This document shows positions 38,501 through 52,550 of a stretch of 64,000 nt of DNA, piece after piece. This DNA is from Eledone cirrhosa (taxonomy: Eukaryota). Each line of letters opens with the position of its first letter. Positions within the stretch are counted from its first letter, which is position 1. Both the position numbers and the translations under genes were made by a program. The DNA lies in assembly GCA_964016885.1 (NCBI GenBank), contig OZ024741.1, positions 385,330,001 to 385,394,000 of the forward strand. Reading direction: 5' to 3'. The notes under the pieces were generated by a model. It made no database searches and was not told the origin of the DNA. It saw only the letters and a program-made list of their open reading frames with translations.

Positions 38501-41500
38501 CAGTGAGAGAGAGAGAGAGAGAGAGTTAAGGTGACAGTGAGAGAGGGGGAGAGTTAAGGTGACTGTGAGAGAGAGAGAGAGTTAAGGTGACTGTGAGAGA
38601 GAGAGTTAAGGTGACGGTGAGTTAGAGAGAGAGTTAAAGTGACAGTGAGAGAGAGAGAGAGATTTAAGGTGACAGTGAGAGAGAGAGAGAGTTTAGGTGA
38701 CAGTGAGAGAGAGAGAGAGAGAGTTAAGGTGACTGTGAGAGAGAGTGACAGTTAAGGTGACTGTGAGAGAGAGAGAGAGTTAAGGTGACTGTGAGAGACA
38801 GAATTAAGGTGACAGTGAGAGAGAGAGAGTGTTAAGGTGACAGTGAGAGAGAGAGAGAGAGTTAAGGTGACAGTGAGAGAGAGAGAGAGTTAAGGTGACA
38901 GTGAGAGAGAGAGAGAGTTAAGGTGACAGTGAGATAGAGAGTTAAGGTGACAGTGAGAGAGAGAGTTAAGGTGACAGTGAGTTAGAGAGAGAGTTAAAGT
39001 GACAGTGAGAGAGAGAGAGAGATTTAAGGTGACAGTGAGAGAGAGAGAGAGTTTAGGTGACAGTGAGAGAGAGAGTTAAGGTGACAGTGAGAGAGAGAGA
39101 GAGTTTAGGTGACAGTGAGAGAGAGAATTAAGGTGACTGTGAGTTAGAGAGAGAGTTAAAGTGACAGTGAGAGAGAGAGAGATTTAAGGTGACAGTGAGA
39201 GAGAGAGAGAGTTTAGGTGACTGTGAGAGAGAGAGTTAAGGTGACAGTGAGAGAGAGAGAGAGTTTAGGTGACAGTGAGAGAGAGAGAGAGTTAAGGTGA
39301 CAGTGAGAGAGAGAGTAAAGGTGACAGTGAGAGAGAGAGAGTTTAGGTGAAAGTGAGAGAGAGTTACGGTGACAGTGATAGAGAGCGTTAAAGTGACAGT
39401 GAGAGAGAGGGAGAGTTAAGGTGACAGTGAGAGAGAGAGTTAAGGTGACAGTGAGAGAGAGGGAGAGTTAAGGTGACAGTGAGAGAGAGAGAGAGTTAAG
39501 GTGACAGTGAGAGAGAGAGAGAGAGTTAAGGTGATAGTGAGAGAGGGGGAGAGTTAAGGTGACTGTGAGAGAGAGAGAGAGAGTTAAGGTGACCGTGAGA
39601 GAGAGTGACAGTTAATGTGACTGTGAGAGAGAGAGAGAGTTAAGGTGACTGTGAGAGAGAGAGAGAGAGAGTTAAGGTGACTGTGAGAGAGAGTGACAGT
39701 TACTGTGACTGTGAGAGAGAGAGAGAGTTAAGGTGACTGTGAGAGAGAGAATTAAGGTGACAGTGAGAGAGAGAGAGAGTTAAGGTGACAGTGAGAGAGA
39801 GAGAGAGTTAAGGTGACAGTGAGAGAGAGAGAGTTAAGGTGACAGTGAGAGAGAGAGAGAGTTTAGGTGACAGTGAGAGAGATTTAAGGTGACAGTGAGA
39901 GACAGAGAGAGTTAAGGTGACTGTGAGAGAGAGAGAGAGTTAAGGTGACTGTGAAAGAGAGAGAGAGTTAAGGTGACTGTGAGAGAGAGAGAAAGTTAAG
40001 GTGACTGTGAGAGAGAGAGAGAGAGAGTTAAGGTGACAGTTAGAGAGAGAGTTTAGGTGACTGTGAGAGAGAGAGAGAGAGTTAAGGTGACAGTGAGTGA
40101 GAGAGAGAGAGTTAAGGTGACTGTGAGAGAGAGTGAGAGTTAAGGTGACTGTGAGAGAGAGAGTTAAGATGACAGTGAGAGAGAGAGAGAGAGTTAAGGT
40201 GACAGTGAGAGAGAGAGAGAGTTAAGGTGACTGTTAGAGAGAGAATTAAGGTGACAGTGAGAGAGACAGAGAGTTAAGGTGACAGTGAGAGAGAGAGAGA
40301 GTTAAGGTGACAGTGAGAGAGAGAGAGAGTTAAGGTGACAGTGAGATAGAGAGTTAAGGTGACAGTGAGAGAGAGAGTTAAGGTGACGGTGAGTTAGAGA
40401 GAGAGTTAAAGTGACTGAGAGAGAGAGTTAAGGTGACAGTGAGAGAGAGAGAGAGTTTAGGTGACAGTGAGAGAGAGAGTTAAGGTGACAGTTAGAGAGA
40501 GAGTTTAGGTGACTGTGCGAGAGAGAGAGAGTTAAGGTGACAGTGAGTGAGAGAGAGAGAGTAAAGGTGACTGTGAGAGAGAGTGAGAGTTAAGGTGACT
40601 GTGAGAGAGACAGTTATGATGACAGTGAGAGAGAGAGAGAGAGTTAAGGTGACAGTGAGAGAGAGAGAGAGTTAAGGTGACAGTGAGAGCGAGAGAGAGT
40701 TAAGGTGACAGTGAGAGAGAGAGAGAGTTAAGGTCACAGTGAGAGAGAGAGAGAGTTAAGGTCACAGTGAGATAGAGAGTTAAGGTGACAGTGAGAGAGA
40801 GAGTTAAGGTGACAGTGAGTTAGAGAGAGAGAGTTAAAGTGACAGTGAGAGAGAGAGAGAGATTTAAGGTGACAGTGAGAGAGAGAGAGAGTTTAGGTGA
40901 CAGTGAGAGAGAGAGTTAAGGTGACAGTGAGAGACAGAGAGAGTTAAGGTGACTGTGAGAGAGAGAGAGTTAAGGTGACTGTGAGAGAGAGAGAGAGTTA
41001 AGGTGACTGTGAGAGAGAGTGAGAGAGAGTTAAGGTGACAGTTAGAGAGAGAGAGAGTTAAGGTGACAGTGAGAGAGTGAGAGAGTTAAGGTGACTGTGA
41101 GAGAGAGAGAGAGTTAAGGTGACAGTGAGAGAGAGAGAGAGAGTTAAGGTGAATGTGAGAGAGAGAGTTAAGGTGACAGTGAGAGAGTTAAGGTGACTGT
41201 GAGAGAGAGAGAGTTAAGGTGACAGTGAGAGAGAGAGTGAGTTAAGGTGACAGTGAGAGAGAGAGAGAGAGTTAAGGTGACAGTGAGAGAGAGGGAGAGT
41301 TAAGGTGACAGTGAGAGAGAGAGAGAGAGAGAGTTAAGGTGACAGTGAGAGAGGGGGAGAGTTAAGGTGACTGTGAGAGAGAGAGAGAGTTAAGGTGACT
41401 GTGAGAGAGAGAGAGAGAATTAAGGTGACTGTGAGAGAGAGTGACAGTTAAGGTGACTGTGAGAGAGAGAGAGAGTTAAGGTGACTGTGAGAGAGAGAAT

Positions 41501-44500
41501 TAAGGTGACAGTGAGAGAGAGAGAGAGTTAAGGTGACAGTGAGAGAGAGAGAGAGTTAAGGTGACAACGAGAGAGAGAGAGAGTTTAGGTGACAGTGAGA
41601 GAGAGAGAGAGTTAAGGTGACTGTGAGAGAGAGAGAGAGAGAGAGAGTTAAGGTGACAGTTAGAGAGAGAGAGAGTTAAGGTGACAGTGAGAGAGTGAGA
41701 GAGTTAAGGTGACTGTGAGAGAGAGAGAGAGTTAAGGCGACTGTGAGAGAGAGAGAGAGAGAGAGTTAAGGTGACTGTGAGAGAGAGTGACAGTTAATGT
41801 GACTGTGAGAGAGAGAGAGAGAGTTAAGGTGACTGTGAGAGAGAGAATTAAGGTGACAGTGAGAGAGAGAGAGAGTTAAGGTGACAGTGAGAGAGATAGA
41901 GAGTTAAGGTGACAGTGAGAGAGAGAGTTAAGGTGACTGTGAGAGAGAGAATTAAGGTGACAGTGAGAGAGAGAGAGAGTTAAGGTGACAGTGAGAGAGA
42001 GAGAGTTAAGGTGACAGTGAGATAGAGAGTTAAGGTGACAGTGAGAGAGAGAGTTAAGGTGACAGTGAGTTAGAGAGAGAGTTAAAGTGACAGTGAGAGA
42101 GAGAGAGAGTTAAGGTGACAGTGAGAGAGAGAGAGAGTTTAGGTGACAGTGAGAGAGAGAGTTAAGGTGACAGTGAGAGACAGAGAGAGTTAAGGTGACT
42201 GTGAGAGAGAGAGAGAGTTAAGGTGACTGTGAGAGAGAGAGAGAGTTAAGGTGACTGTGAGAGAGAGAGAGTTAAGGTGACTGTGAGAGAGAGTGAGAAT
42301 TAAGGTGACTGTGAGAGAGAGAGTTAAGATGACAGTGAGAGAGAGAGAGAGTTAAGGTGACAGTGAGAGAGAGAGAGAGTTAAGGTGACTGTGAGAGAGA
42401 GAATTAAGGTGACAGTGAGAGAGAGAGAGAGTTAAGGTGACAGTGAGAGAGAGAGAGAGAGTTAAGGTGACAGTGAGAGAGAGAGAGAGTTAAGGTGACA
42501 GTGAGATAGAGAGTTAAGGTGACAGTGAGAGAGAGAGTTAAGGTGACAGTGAGTTAGAGAGAGAGTTAAAGTGACAGTGAGAGAGAGAGAGAGATTTAAG
42601 GTGACAGGGAGAGAGAGAGAGAGTTTAGGTGACAGTGAGAGAGAGAGTTAAGGTGACAGTGTGAGACAGAGAGAGTTAAGGTGACTGTGAGAGAGAGAGA
42701 GTTAAGGTGACTGTGAGAGAGAGAGAGAGTTAAGGTGACTGTGAGAGAGAGAGAGAGAGAGTTAAGGTGACAGTTAGAGAGAGAGAGAGTTAAGGTGAGA
42801 GTGAGAGAGTGAGAGAGTTAAGGTGACTGTGAGAGAGAGAGAGAGTTAAGGTGACAGTGAGAGAGAGAGAGAGTTAAGGTGAATGTGAGAGAGAGAGTTA
42901 AGGTAACAGTGAGAGAGAGAGTTAAGGTGACTGTGAGAGAGAGAGAGTTAAGTTGACTGTGAGAGAGAGAGAGAGTTAAGGTGACAGTGAGAGAGAGAGT
43001 GAGTTAAGGTGACAGTGAGAGAGAGAGAGAGAGTTAAGGTGACAGTGAGAGAGAGAGAGAGTTAAGGTGACTGTGAGAGAGAGAGTTAAGGTGACAGTGA
43101 GAGAGAGAGTGTTAAGATGACAGTGAGAGAGAGAGAGTTAAGGTGACAGTGAGAGAGAGAGTTAAGGTGACAGTGAGAGAGAGAGTTAAGGTGACAGTGA
43201 GAGAGAGGGATAGTTAAGGTGACAGTGAGAGATAGAGAGTTTAGGTGAAAGTGAGAGAGAGTTAAGGTGACAGTGATAGAGAGCGTTAAGGTGAATGTGA
43301 GAGAGAGGGAGAGTTAAGGTGATAGTGAGAGAGAGAGTTAAGGTGACAGTGAGAGAGAGTTAAGGTGACAGGGAGAGAGAGAGAGAGAGAGAGTTAAGGT
43401 GACAGTGAGAGAGGGGGAGAGTTAAGGTGACTGTGAGAGAGAGAGAGAGTTAAGGTGACTGTGAGAGAGAGAGAGAGAATTAAGGTGACAGTGAGAGAGT
43501 GAGAGAGTTAAGGTGACAGTGAGAGAGAGAGAGAGTTAAGGTGACAGTGAGAGAGAGAGAGAGTTAAGGTGACAGTGAGAGAGAGAGAGAGTTAAGGTGA
43601 CTGTGAGAGAGAGAATTAAGGTGACAGTGAGAGAGAGAGAGAGTTAAGGTGACAGTGAGAGAGAGAGAGAGTTAAGGTGACAGTGAGAGAGAGAGAGTTA
43701 AGGTGACAGTGAGATAGAGAGTTAAGGTGACAGTGAGAGAGAGAGTTAAGGTGACAGTGAGTTAGAGAGAGAGTTAAAGTGACAGTGAGAGAGAGAGAGT
43801 TAAGGTGACAGTGAGAGAGAGAGAGAGTTTAGGTGACAGTGAGAGAGATTTAAGGTGACAGTGAGAGACAGAGAGAGTTAAGGTGACTGTGAGAGAGAGA
43901 GAGAGTTAAGGTGACTGTGAAAGAGAGAGAGAGTTAAGGTGACTGTGAGAGAGAGAGAAAGTTAAGGTGACTGTGAGAGAGAGAGAGAGAGAGTTAAGGT
44001 GACAGTTAGAGAGAGAGTTTAGGTGACTGTGAGAGAGAGAGAGAGAGTTAAGGTGACAGTGAGTGAGAGAGAGAAAGTTAAGGTGACTGTGAGAGAGAGT
44101 GAGAGTTAAGGTGACTGTGAGAGAGAGAGTTAAGATGACAGTGAGAGAGAGAGAGAGAGTTAAGGTGACAGTGAGAGAGAGAGAGAGTTAAGGTGACTGT
44201 TAGAGAGAGAATTAAGGTGACAGTGAGAGAGACAGAGAGTTAAGGTGACAGTGAGAGAGAGAGAGTTAAGGTGACAGTGAGAGAGAGAGAGAGTTAAGGT
44301 GACAGTGAGATAGAGAGTTAAGGTGACAGTGAGAGAGAGAGTTAAGGTGACGGTGAGTTAGAGAGAGAGTTAAAGTGACTGAGAGAGAGAGTTAAGGTGA
44401 CAGTGAGAGAGAGAGAGAGAGAGAGTTAAGGTGACAGTGAGAGAGGGGGAGAGTTAAGGTGACTGTGAGAGAGAGAGAGAGTTAAGGTGACTGTGAGAGA

Positions 44501-47500
44501 GAGAGTTAAGGTGACGGTGAGTTAGAGAGAGAGTTAAAGTGACAGTGAGAGAGAGAGAGAGATTTAAGGTGACAGTGAGAGAGAGAGAGAGTTTAGGTGA
44601 CAGTGAGAGAGAGAGAGAGAGAGTTAAGGTGACTGTGAGAGAGAGTGACAGTTAAGGTGACTGTGAGAGAGAGAGAGAGTTAAGGTGACTGTGAGAGACA
44701 GAATTAAGGTGACAGTGAGAGAGAGAGAGTGTTAAGGTGACAGTGAGAGAGAGAGAGAGAGTTAAGGTGACAGTGAGAGAGAGAGAGAGTTAAGGTGACA
44801 GTGAGAGAGAGAGAGAGTTAAGGTGACAGTGAGATAGAGAGTTAAGGTGACAGTGAGAGAGAGAGTTAAGGTGACAGTGAGTTAGAGAGAGAGTTAAAGT
44901 GACAGTGAGAGAGAGAGAGAGATTTAAGGTGACAGTGAGAGAGAGAGAGAGTTTAGGTGACAGTGAGAGAGAGAGTTAAGGTGACAGTGAGAGAGAGAGA
45001 GAGTTTAGGTGACAGTGAGAGAGAGAATTAAGGTGACTGTGAGTTAGAGAGAGAGTTAAAGTGACAGTGAGAGAGAGAGAGATTTAAGGTGACAGTGAGA
45101 GAGAGAGAGAGTTTAGGTGACTGTGAGAGAGAGAGTTAAGGTGACAGTGAGAGAGAGAGAGAGTTTAGGTGACAGTGAGAGGGAGAGAGTTAAGGTGACA
45201 GTGAGAGAGAGAGTAAAGGTGACAGTGAGAGAGAGAGTTAAGGTGACAGTGAGAGAGAGGGAGAGTTAAGGTGACAGTGAGAGATAGAGAGTTTAGGTGA
45301 AAGTGAGAGAGAGTTACGGTGACAGTGATAGAGAGCGTTAAAGTGACAGTGAGAGAGAGGGAGAGTTAAGGTGACAGTGAGAGAGAGAGTTAAGGTGACA
45401 GTGAGAGAGAGGGAGAGTTAAGGTGACAGTGAGAGAGAGAGAGAGTTAAGGTGACAGTGAGAGAGAGAGAGAGAGTTAAGGTGATAGTGAGAGAGGGGGA
45501 GAGTTAAGGTGACTGTGAGAGAGAGAGAGAGAGTTAAGGTGACCGTGAGAGAGAGTGACAGTTAATGTGACTGTGAGAGAGAGAGAGAGTTAAGGTGACT
45601 GTGAGAGAGAGAGAGAGAGAGTTAAGGTGACTGTGAGAGAGAGTGACAGTTACTGTGACTGTGAGAGAGAGAGAGAGTTAAGGTGACTGTGAGAGAGAGA
45701 ATTAAGGTGACAGTGAGAGAGAGAGAGAGTTAAGGTGACAGTGAGAGAGAGAGAGAGTTAAGGTGACAGTGAGAGAGAGAGAGTTAAGGTGACAGTGAGA
45801 GAGAGAGAGAGTTTAGGTGACAGTGAGAGAGATTTAAGGTGACAGTGAGAGACAGAGAGAGTTAAGGTGACTGTGAGAGAGAGAGAGAGTTAAGGTGACT
45901 GTGAAAGAGAGAGAGAGTTAAGGTGACTGTGAGAGAGAGAGAAAGTTAAGGTGACTGTGAGAGAGAGAGAGAGAGAGTTAAGGTGACAGTTAGAGAGAGA
46001 GTTTAGGTGACTGTGAGAGAGAGAGAGAGAGTTAAGGTGACAGTGAGTGAGAGAGAGAGAGTTAAGGTGACTGTGAGAGAGAGTGAGAGTTAAGGTGACT
46101 GTGAGAGAGAGAGTTAAGATGACAGTGAGAGAGAGAGAGAGAGTTAAGGTGACAGTGAGAGAGAGAGAGAGTTAAGGTGACTGTTAGAGAGAGAATTAAG
46201 GTGACAGTGAGAGAGACAGAGAGTTAAGGTGACAGTGAGAGAGAGAGAGAGTTAAGGTGACAGTGAGAGAGAGAGAGAGTTAAGGTGACAGTGAGATAGA
46301 GAGTTAAGGTGACAGTGAGAGAGAGAGTTAAGGTGACGGTGAGTTAGAGAGAGAGTTAAAGTGACTGAGAGAGAGAGTTAAGGTGACAGTGAGAGAGAGA
46401 GAGAGTTTAGGTGACAGTGAGAGAGAGAGTTAAGGTGACAGTTAGAGAGAGAGTTTAGGTGACTGTGCGAGAGAGAGAGAGTTAAGGTGACAGTGAGTGA
46501 GAGAGAGAGAGTAAAGGTGACTGTGAGAGAGAGTGAGAGTTAAGGTGACTGTGAGAGAGACAGTTATGATGACAGTGAGAGAGAGAGAGAGAGTTAAGGT
46601 GACAGTGAGAGAGAGAGAGAGTTAAGGTGACAGTGAGAGCGAGAGAGAGTTAAGGTGACAGTGAGAGAGAGAGAGAGTTAAGGTCACAGTGAGAGAGAGA
46701 GAGAGTTAAGGTCACAGTGAGATAGAGAGTTAAGGTGACAGTGAGAGAGAGAGTTAAGGTGACAGTGAGTTAGAGAGAGAGAGTTAAAGTGACAGTGAGA
46801 GAGAGAGAGAGATTTAAGGTGACAGTGAGAGAGAGAGAGAGTTTAGGTGACAGTGAGAGAGAGAGTTAAGGTGACAGTGAGAGACAGAGAGAGTTAAGGT
46901 GACTGTGAGAGAGAGGGAGTTAAGGTGACTGTGAGAGAGAGAGAGAGTTAAGGTGACTGTGAGAGAGAGTGAGAGAGAGTTAAGGTGACAGTTAGAGAGA
47001 GAGAGAGTTAAGGTGACAGTGAGAGAGTGAGAGAGTTAAGGTGACTGTGAGAGAGAGAGAGAGTTAAGGTGACAGTGAGAGAGAGAGAGAGAGTTAAGGT
47101 GAATGTGAGAGAGAGAGTTAAGGTGACAGTGAGAGAGTTAAGGTGACTGTGAGAGAGAGAGAGTTAAGGTGACAGTGAGAGAGAGAGTGAGTTAAGGTGA
47201 CAGTGAGAGAGAGAGAGAGAGTTAAGGTGACAGTGAGAGAGAGGGAGAGTTAAGGTGACAGTGAGAGAGAGAGAGAGAGAGAGTTAAGGTGACAGTGAGA
47301 GAGGGGGAGAGTTAAGGTGACTGTGAGAGAGAGAGAGAGTTAAGGTGACTGTGAGAGAGAGAGAGAGAATTAAGGTGACTGTGAGAGAGAGTGACAGTTA
47401 AGGTGACTGTGAGAGAGAGAGAGAGTTAAGGTGACTGTGAGAGAGAGAATTAAGGTGACAGTGAGAGAGAGAGAGAGTTAAGGTGACAGTGAGAGAGAGA

Positions 47501-50500
47501 GAGAGTTAAGGTGACAACGAGAGAGAGAGAGAGTTTAGGTGACAGTGAGAGAGAGAGAGAGTTAAGGTGACTGTGAGAGAGAGAGAGAGAGAGAGAGTTA
47601 AGGTGACAGTTAGAGAGAGAGAGAGTTAAGGTGACAGTGAGAGAGTGAGAGAGTTAAGGTGACTGTGAGAGAGAGAGAGAGTTAAGGCGACTGTGAGAGA
47701 GAGAGAGAGAGAGAGTTAAGGTGACTGTGAGAGAGAGTGACAGTTAATGTGACTGTGAGAGAGAGAGAGAGAGTTAAGGTGACTGTGAGAGAGAGAATTA
47801 AGGTGACAGTGAGAGAGAGAGAGAGTTAAGGTGACAGTGAGAGAGATAGAGAGTTAAGGTGACAGTGAGAGAGAGAGTTAAGGTGACTGTGAGAGAGAGA
47901 ATTAAGGTGACAGTGAGAGAGAGAGAGAGTTAAGGTGACAGTGAGAGAGAGAGAGTTAAGGTGACAGTGAGATAGAGAGTTAAGGTGACAGTGAGAGAGA
48001 GAGTTAAGGTGACAGTGAGTTAGAGAGAGAGTTAAAGTGACAGTGAGAGAGAGAGAGAGTTAAGGTGACAGTGAGAGAGAGAGAGAGTTTAGGTGACAGT
48101 GAGAGAGAGAGTTAAGGTGACAGTGAGAGACAGAGAGAGTTAAGGTGACTGTGAGAGAGAGAGAGAGTTAAGGTGACTGTGAGAGAGAGAGAGAGTTAAG
48201 GTGACTGTGAGAGAGAGAGAGAGAGAGTTAAGGTGACAGTTAGAGAGAGAGTTTAGATGACTGTGCGAGAGAGAGTTAAGGTGACAGTGAGTGAGAGAGA
48301 GAGTTAAGGTGACTGTGAGAGAGAGTGAGAGTTACGGTGACTGTGAGAGAGAGAGTTAAGATGACAGTGAGAGAGAGAGAGAGAGTTAAGGTGACAGTGA
48401 GAGAGAGAGAGAGTTAAGGTGACTGTGAGAGAGAGAATTAAGGTGACAGTGAGAGAGAGAGAGAGTTAAGGTGACAGTGAGAGAGAGAGAGAGTTAAGGT
48501 GACAGTGAGAGAGAGAGAGAGTTAAGGTGACAGTGAGATAGAGAGTTAAGGTGACAGTGAGAGAGAGAGTTAAGGTGACAGTGAGTTAGAGAGAGAGTTA
48601 AAGTGACAGTGAGAGAGAGAGAGAGAGAGATTTAAGGTGACAGTGAGGGAGAGAGAGAGTTTAGGTGACAGTGAGAGAGAGAGTTAAGGTGACAGTGAGA
48701 GACAGAGAGAGTTAAGGTGACTGTGAGAGAGAGAGAGTTAAGGTGACTGTGAGAGAGAGAGAGAGTTAAGGTGACTGTGTGAGAGAGAGAGAGTTAAGGT
48801 GACAGTGAGAGAGTGAGAGAGTTAAGGTGACTGTGAGAGAGAGAGAGAGTTAAGGTGACAGTGAGAGAGAGAGAGAGTTAAGGTGAATGTGAGAGAGAGA
48901 GTTAAGGTGACAGTGAGAGAGAGCGTTAAGGTGACTGTGAGAGAGAGAGAGTTAAGGTGACTGTGAGAGAGAGAGAGTTAAGGTGACAGTGAGAGAGAGA
49001 GTGAGTTAAGGTGACAGTGAGAGAGAGAGAGAGAGTTAAGGTGACAGTGAGAGAGAGAGAGAGTTAAGGTGACTGTGAGAGAGAGAGTTAAGGTGACTGT
49101 GAGAGAGAGAGTTAAGGTGACAGTGAGAGACATAGAGAGTTAAGGTGACTGTGAGAGAGAGAGAGAGTTAAGGTGACTGTGAGAGAGAGAGAGAGTTAAG
49201 GTGACTTTGAGAGAGAGAGAGAGTTAAGGTGACTGTGAGAGAGAGAGAGAGATAGTTAAGGTGACAGTTAGAGAGAGAGTTTAGGTGACTGTGAGAGAGA
49301 GAGAGAGTTAAGGTGACAGTGAGTGAGACAGAGAGAGTTAAGGTGACTGTGAGAGAGAGTGAGAGTTAAGGTGACTGTGAGAGAGAGAGTTAAGATGACA
49401 GTGAGAGAGAGAGAGAGAGTTAAGGTGACAGTGAGAGAGAGAGAGAGTTAAGGTGACTGTGAGAGAGAGAATTAAGGTGACAGTGAGAGAGAGAGAGAGT
49501 TAAGGTGACAGTGAGAGAGAGAGAGAGTTAAGGTGACAGTGAGAGAGAGAGAGAGTTAAGGTGACAGTGAGATAGAGAGTTAAGGTGACAGTGAGAGAGA
49601 GAGTTAAGGTGACGGTGAGTTAGAGAGAGAGTTAAAGTGACAGTGAGAGAGAGAGAGAGATTTAAGGTGACAGTGAGAGAGAGAGAGAGTTTAGGTGACA
49701 GTGAGAGAGAGAGTTAAGGTGACAGTGAGAGAGAGAGAGTTAAGGTGACAGTGAGAGAGAGAGTAAAGGTGACAGTGAGAGAGAGAGTTAAGGTGACAGT
49801 GAGAGAGAGGGAGAGTTAAGGTGACAGTGAGAGATAGAGAGTTTAGGTGAAAGTGAGAGAGAGTTAAGGTGACAGTGATAGAGAGTGTTAAGGTGACAGT
49901 GAGAGAGAGAGAGTTAAGGTGACAGTGAGAGAGAGAGTAAAGGTGACAGTGATACAGAGTGTTAAGGTGACAGTGAGAGAGAGGGAGAGTTAAGGTGACA
50001 GTGAGAGAGAGAGTTAAGGTTACAGTGAGAGAGAGGGAGAGTTAAGGTGACAGTGAGAGAGAGAGAGTTAAGGCGACAGTGAGAGAGAGAGAGTTAAGTT
50101 GACAGTGAGAGAGGGGGAGAGTTAAGGTGACTGTGAGAGGGAGAGAACAGAGTTAAGGTGACTGTGAGAGAGAGTGACAGTTAAGGTGACTGTGAGAGAG
50201 AGAGAGAGTTAAGGTGACTGTGAGAGAGAGAATTAAGGTGACAGTGAGAGAGAGAGAGAGTTAAGGTGACAGTGAGAGAGAGAGAGAGTTAAGGTGACAG
50301 TGAGAGAGAGAGAGTTAAGGTGACTGTGAGAGAGAGAATTAAGGTGACAGTGAGAGAGAGAGAGAGTTAAGGTGACAGTGAGAGAGAGAGAGTTAAGGTG
50401 ACAGTGAGATAGAGAGTTAAGGTGACAGTGAGAGAGAGAGTTAAGGTGACAGTGAGTTAGAGAGAGAGTTAAAGTGACAGTGAGAGAGAGAGAGAGATTT

Positions 50501-50777
50501 AAGGTGACAGTGAGAGAGAGAGAGAGAGTTTAGGTGACAGTGAGAGAGAGAGTTAAGGTGACAGTGAGAGACAGAGAGAGTTAAGGTGACTGTGAGAGAG
50601 AGAGAGTTAAGGTGACTGTGAGAGAGAGAGTTTAGCTGACTGTGAGAGAGAGTGAGTTAAGGTGACAGTGAGAGAGAGAGAGAGAGTTGAGGTGACAGTG
50701 AGAGAGAGAGAGTTAAGGTGACAGTGAGAGAGAGAGAGAGTTGAGGTGACAGTGAGAGAGAGAGAATTAAGGTGACA

Positions 50778-50814
<37 letters not shown>

Positions 50815-52511
50815 GAGGTGTCAGTGAGAGACAGAGAGAGAGAGAGCTAAGGTGAGAGTGTGAGAGAGAGAGTTAAGGTGACAGTGAGAGAGAGCGAGAG
50901 CTAAGGTGAGAGTGTGAGAGAGTGAGAGAGTGAGAGAGTGAGAGAGAGAGCTAAGGTGACAGTGTGAGAAAGAGAGAGCCTGAGTTACGGTGACAGTGAC
51001 AGTGAGAGAGAGAGAGAGTTTAGGTGACAGTGAGAGAGAGAGTTAAGGTGACAGTGAGAGACAGAGAGAGTTAAGGTGACTGTGAGAGAGAGAGAGAGTT
51101 AAGGTGACTGTGAGAGAGAGAGAGAGTTAAGGTGACTGTGAGAGAGAGAGAGAGTTAAGGTGACTGTGAGAGAGAGAGAGAGAGAGTTAAGGTGACAGTT
51201 AGAGAGAGAGTTTAGGTGACTGTGCGAGAGAGAGAGAGTTAAGGTGACAGTGAGTGAGAGAGAGAGAGAGTTAAGGTGACTGTGAGAGAGAGTGAGAGTT
51301 AAGGTGACTGTGAGAGAGAGAGTTAAGATGACAGTGAGAGAGAGAGAGAGAGCTTAGGTGACAGTGAGAGAGAGAGAGAGAGAGTTAAGGTGACTGTGAG
51401 AGAGAGAATTAAGGTGACAGTGAGAGAGAGAGAAAGTTAAGGTGACAGTGAGAGAGAGAGAGAGTTAAGGTGACAGTGAGATAGAGAGTTAAGGTGACAG
51501 TGAGAGAGAGAGTTAAGGTGACAGTGAGTTAGAGAGAGAGTTAAAGTGACAGTGAGAGAGAGAGAGAGATTTAAGGTGACAGTGAGAGAGAGAGAGAGTT
51601 TAGGTGACAGTGAGAGAGAGAGTTAAGGTGACAGTGAGAGACAGAGAGAGTTAAGGTGACTGTGAGAGAGAGAGAGAGAGTTAAGGTGACAGTTAGAGAG
51701 AGAGAGAGTTAAGGTGACAGTGAGAGAGTGAGAGAGTTAAGGTGACTGTGAGAGAGAGAGAGAGTTAAGGTGACAGTGAGAGAGAGAGAGAGTTAAGGTG
51801 ACTGTGAGAGAGAGAGTTAATGTGACAGTGAGAGAGAGAGTTAAGGTGACTGTGAGAGAGAGAGAGTTAAGGTGACTGTGAGAGAGAGAGAGTTAAGGTG
51901 ACAGTGAGAGAGAGAGTGAGTTAAGGTGACAGTGAGAGAGAGAGAGAGAGTTAAGGTGACAGTGAGAGAGAGAGAGTTAAGGTGAATGACAGAGAGTGAG
52001 AGAGTTAAGGTGACAGTTAGAGAGAGAGTTAAGGTGACTGTGAGAGAGAGAGAGAGTTAAGGTGACAGTGAGAGAGAGAGAGAGTTAAGGTGACAGTGAG
52101 AGAGTGAGAGATTTAAGGTGACAGTGAGAGAGAGAGAGAGTTAAGGTGACAGTGAGAGAGAGAGTTAAGCTGACTGTGAGAGAGAGTGAGTTAAGGTGAC
52201 AGTGAGAGAGAGAGAGAGAGTTGAGGTGACAGTGAGAGAGAGAGAGTTAAGGTGAAAGTGAGAGAGAGAGAGAGTTGAGGTGACAGTGAGAGAGAGAGAA
52301 TTAAGGTGACAGTGCGAGAGAGAGAGAGAGAGTTGAGGTGTCAGTGAGAGACAGAGAGAGAGAGAGCTAAGGTGAGAGTGTGAGAGAGAGAGTTAAGGTG
52401 ACAGTGAGAGAGAGAGAGAGCTAAGGTGACAGTGTGAGTGAGTGAGAGAGTGAGAGAGTGAGAGAGAGAGCTAAGGTGACAGTGTGAGAAAGAGAGAGAC
52501 TGAGTTACGGT

Positions 52512-52550
<39 letters not shown>

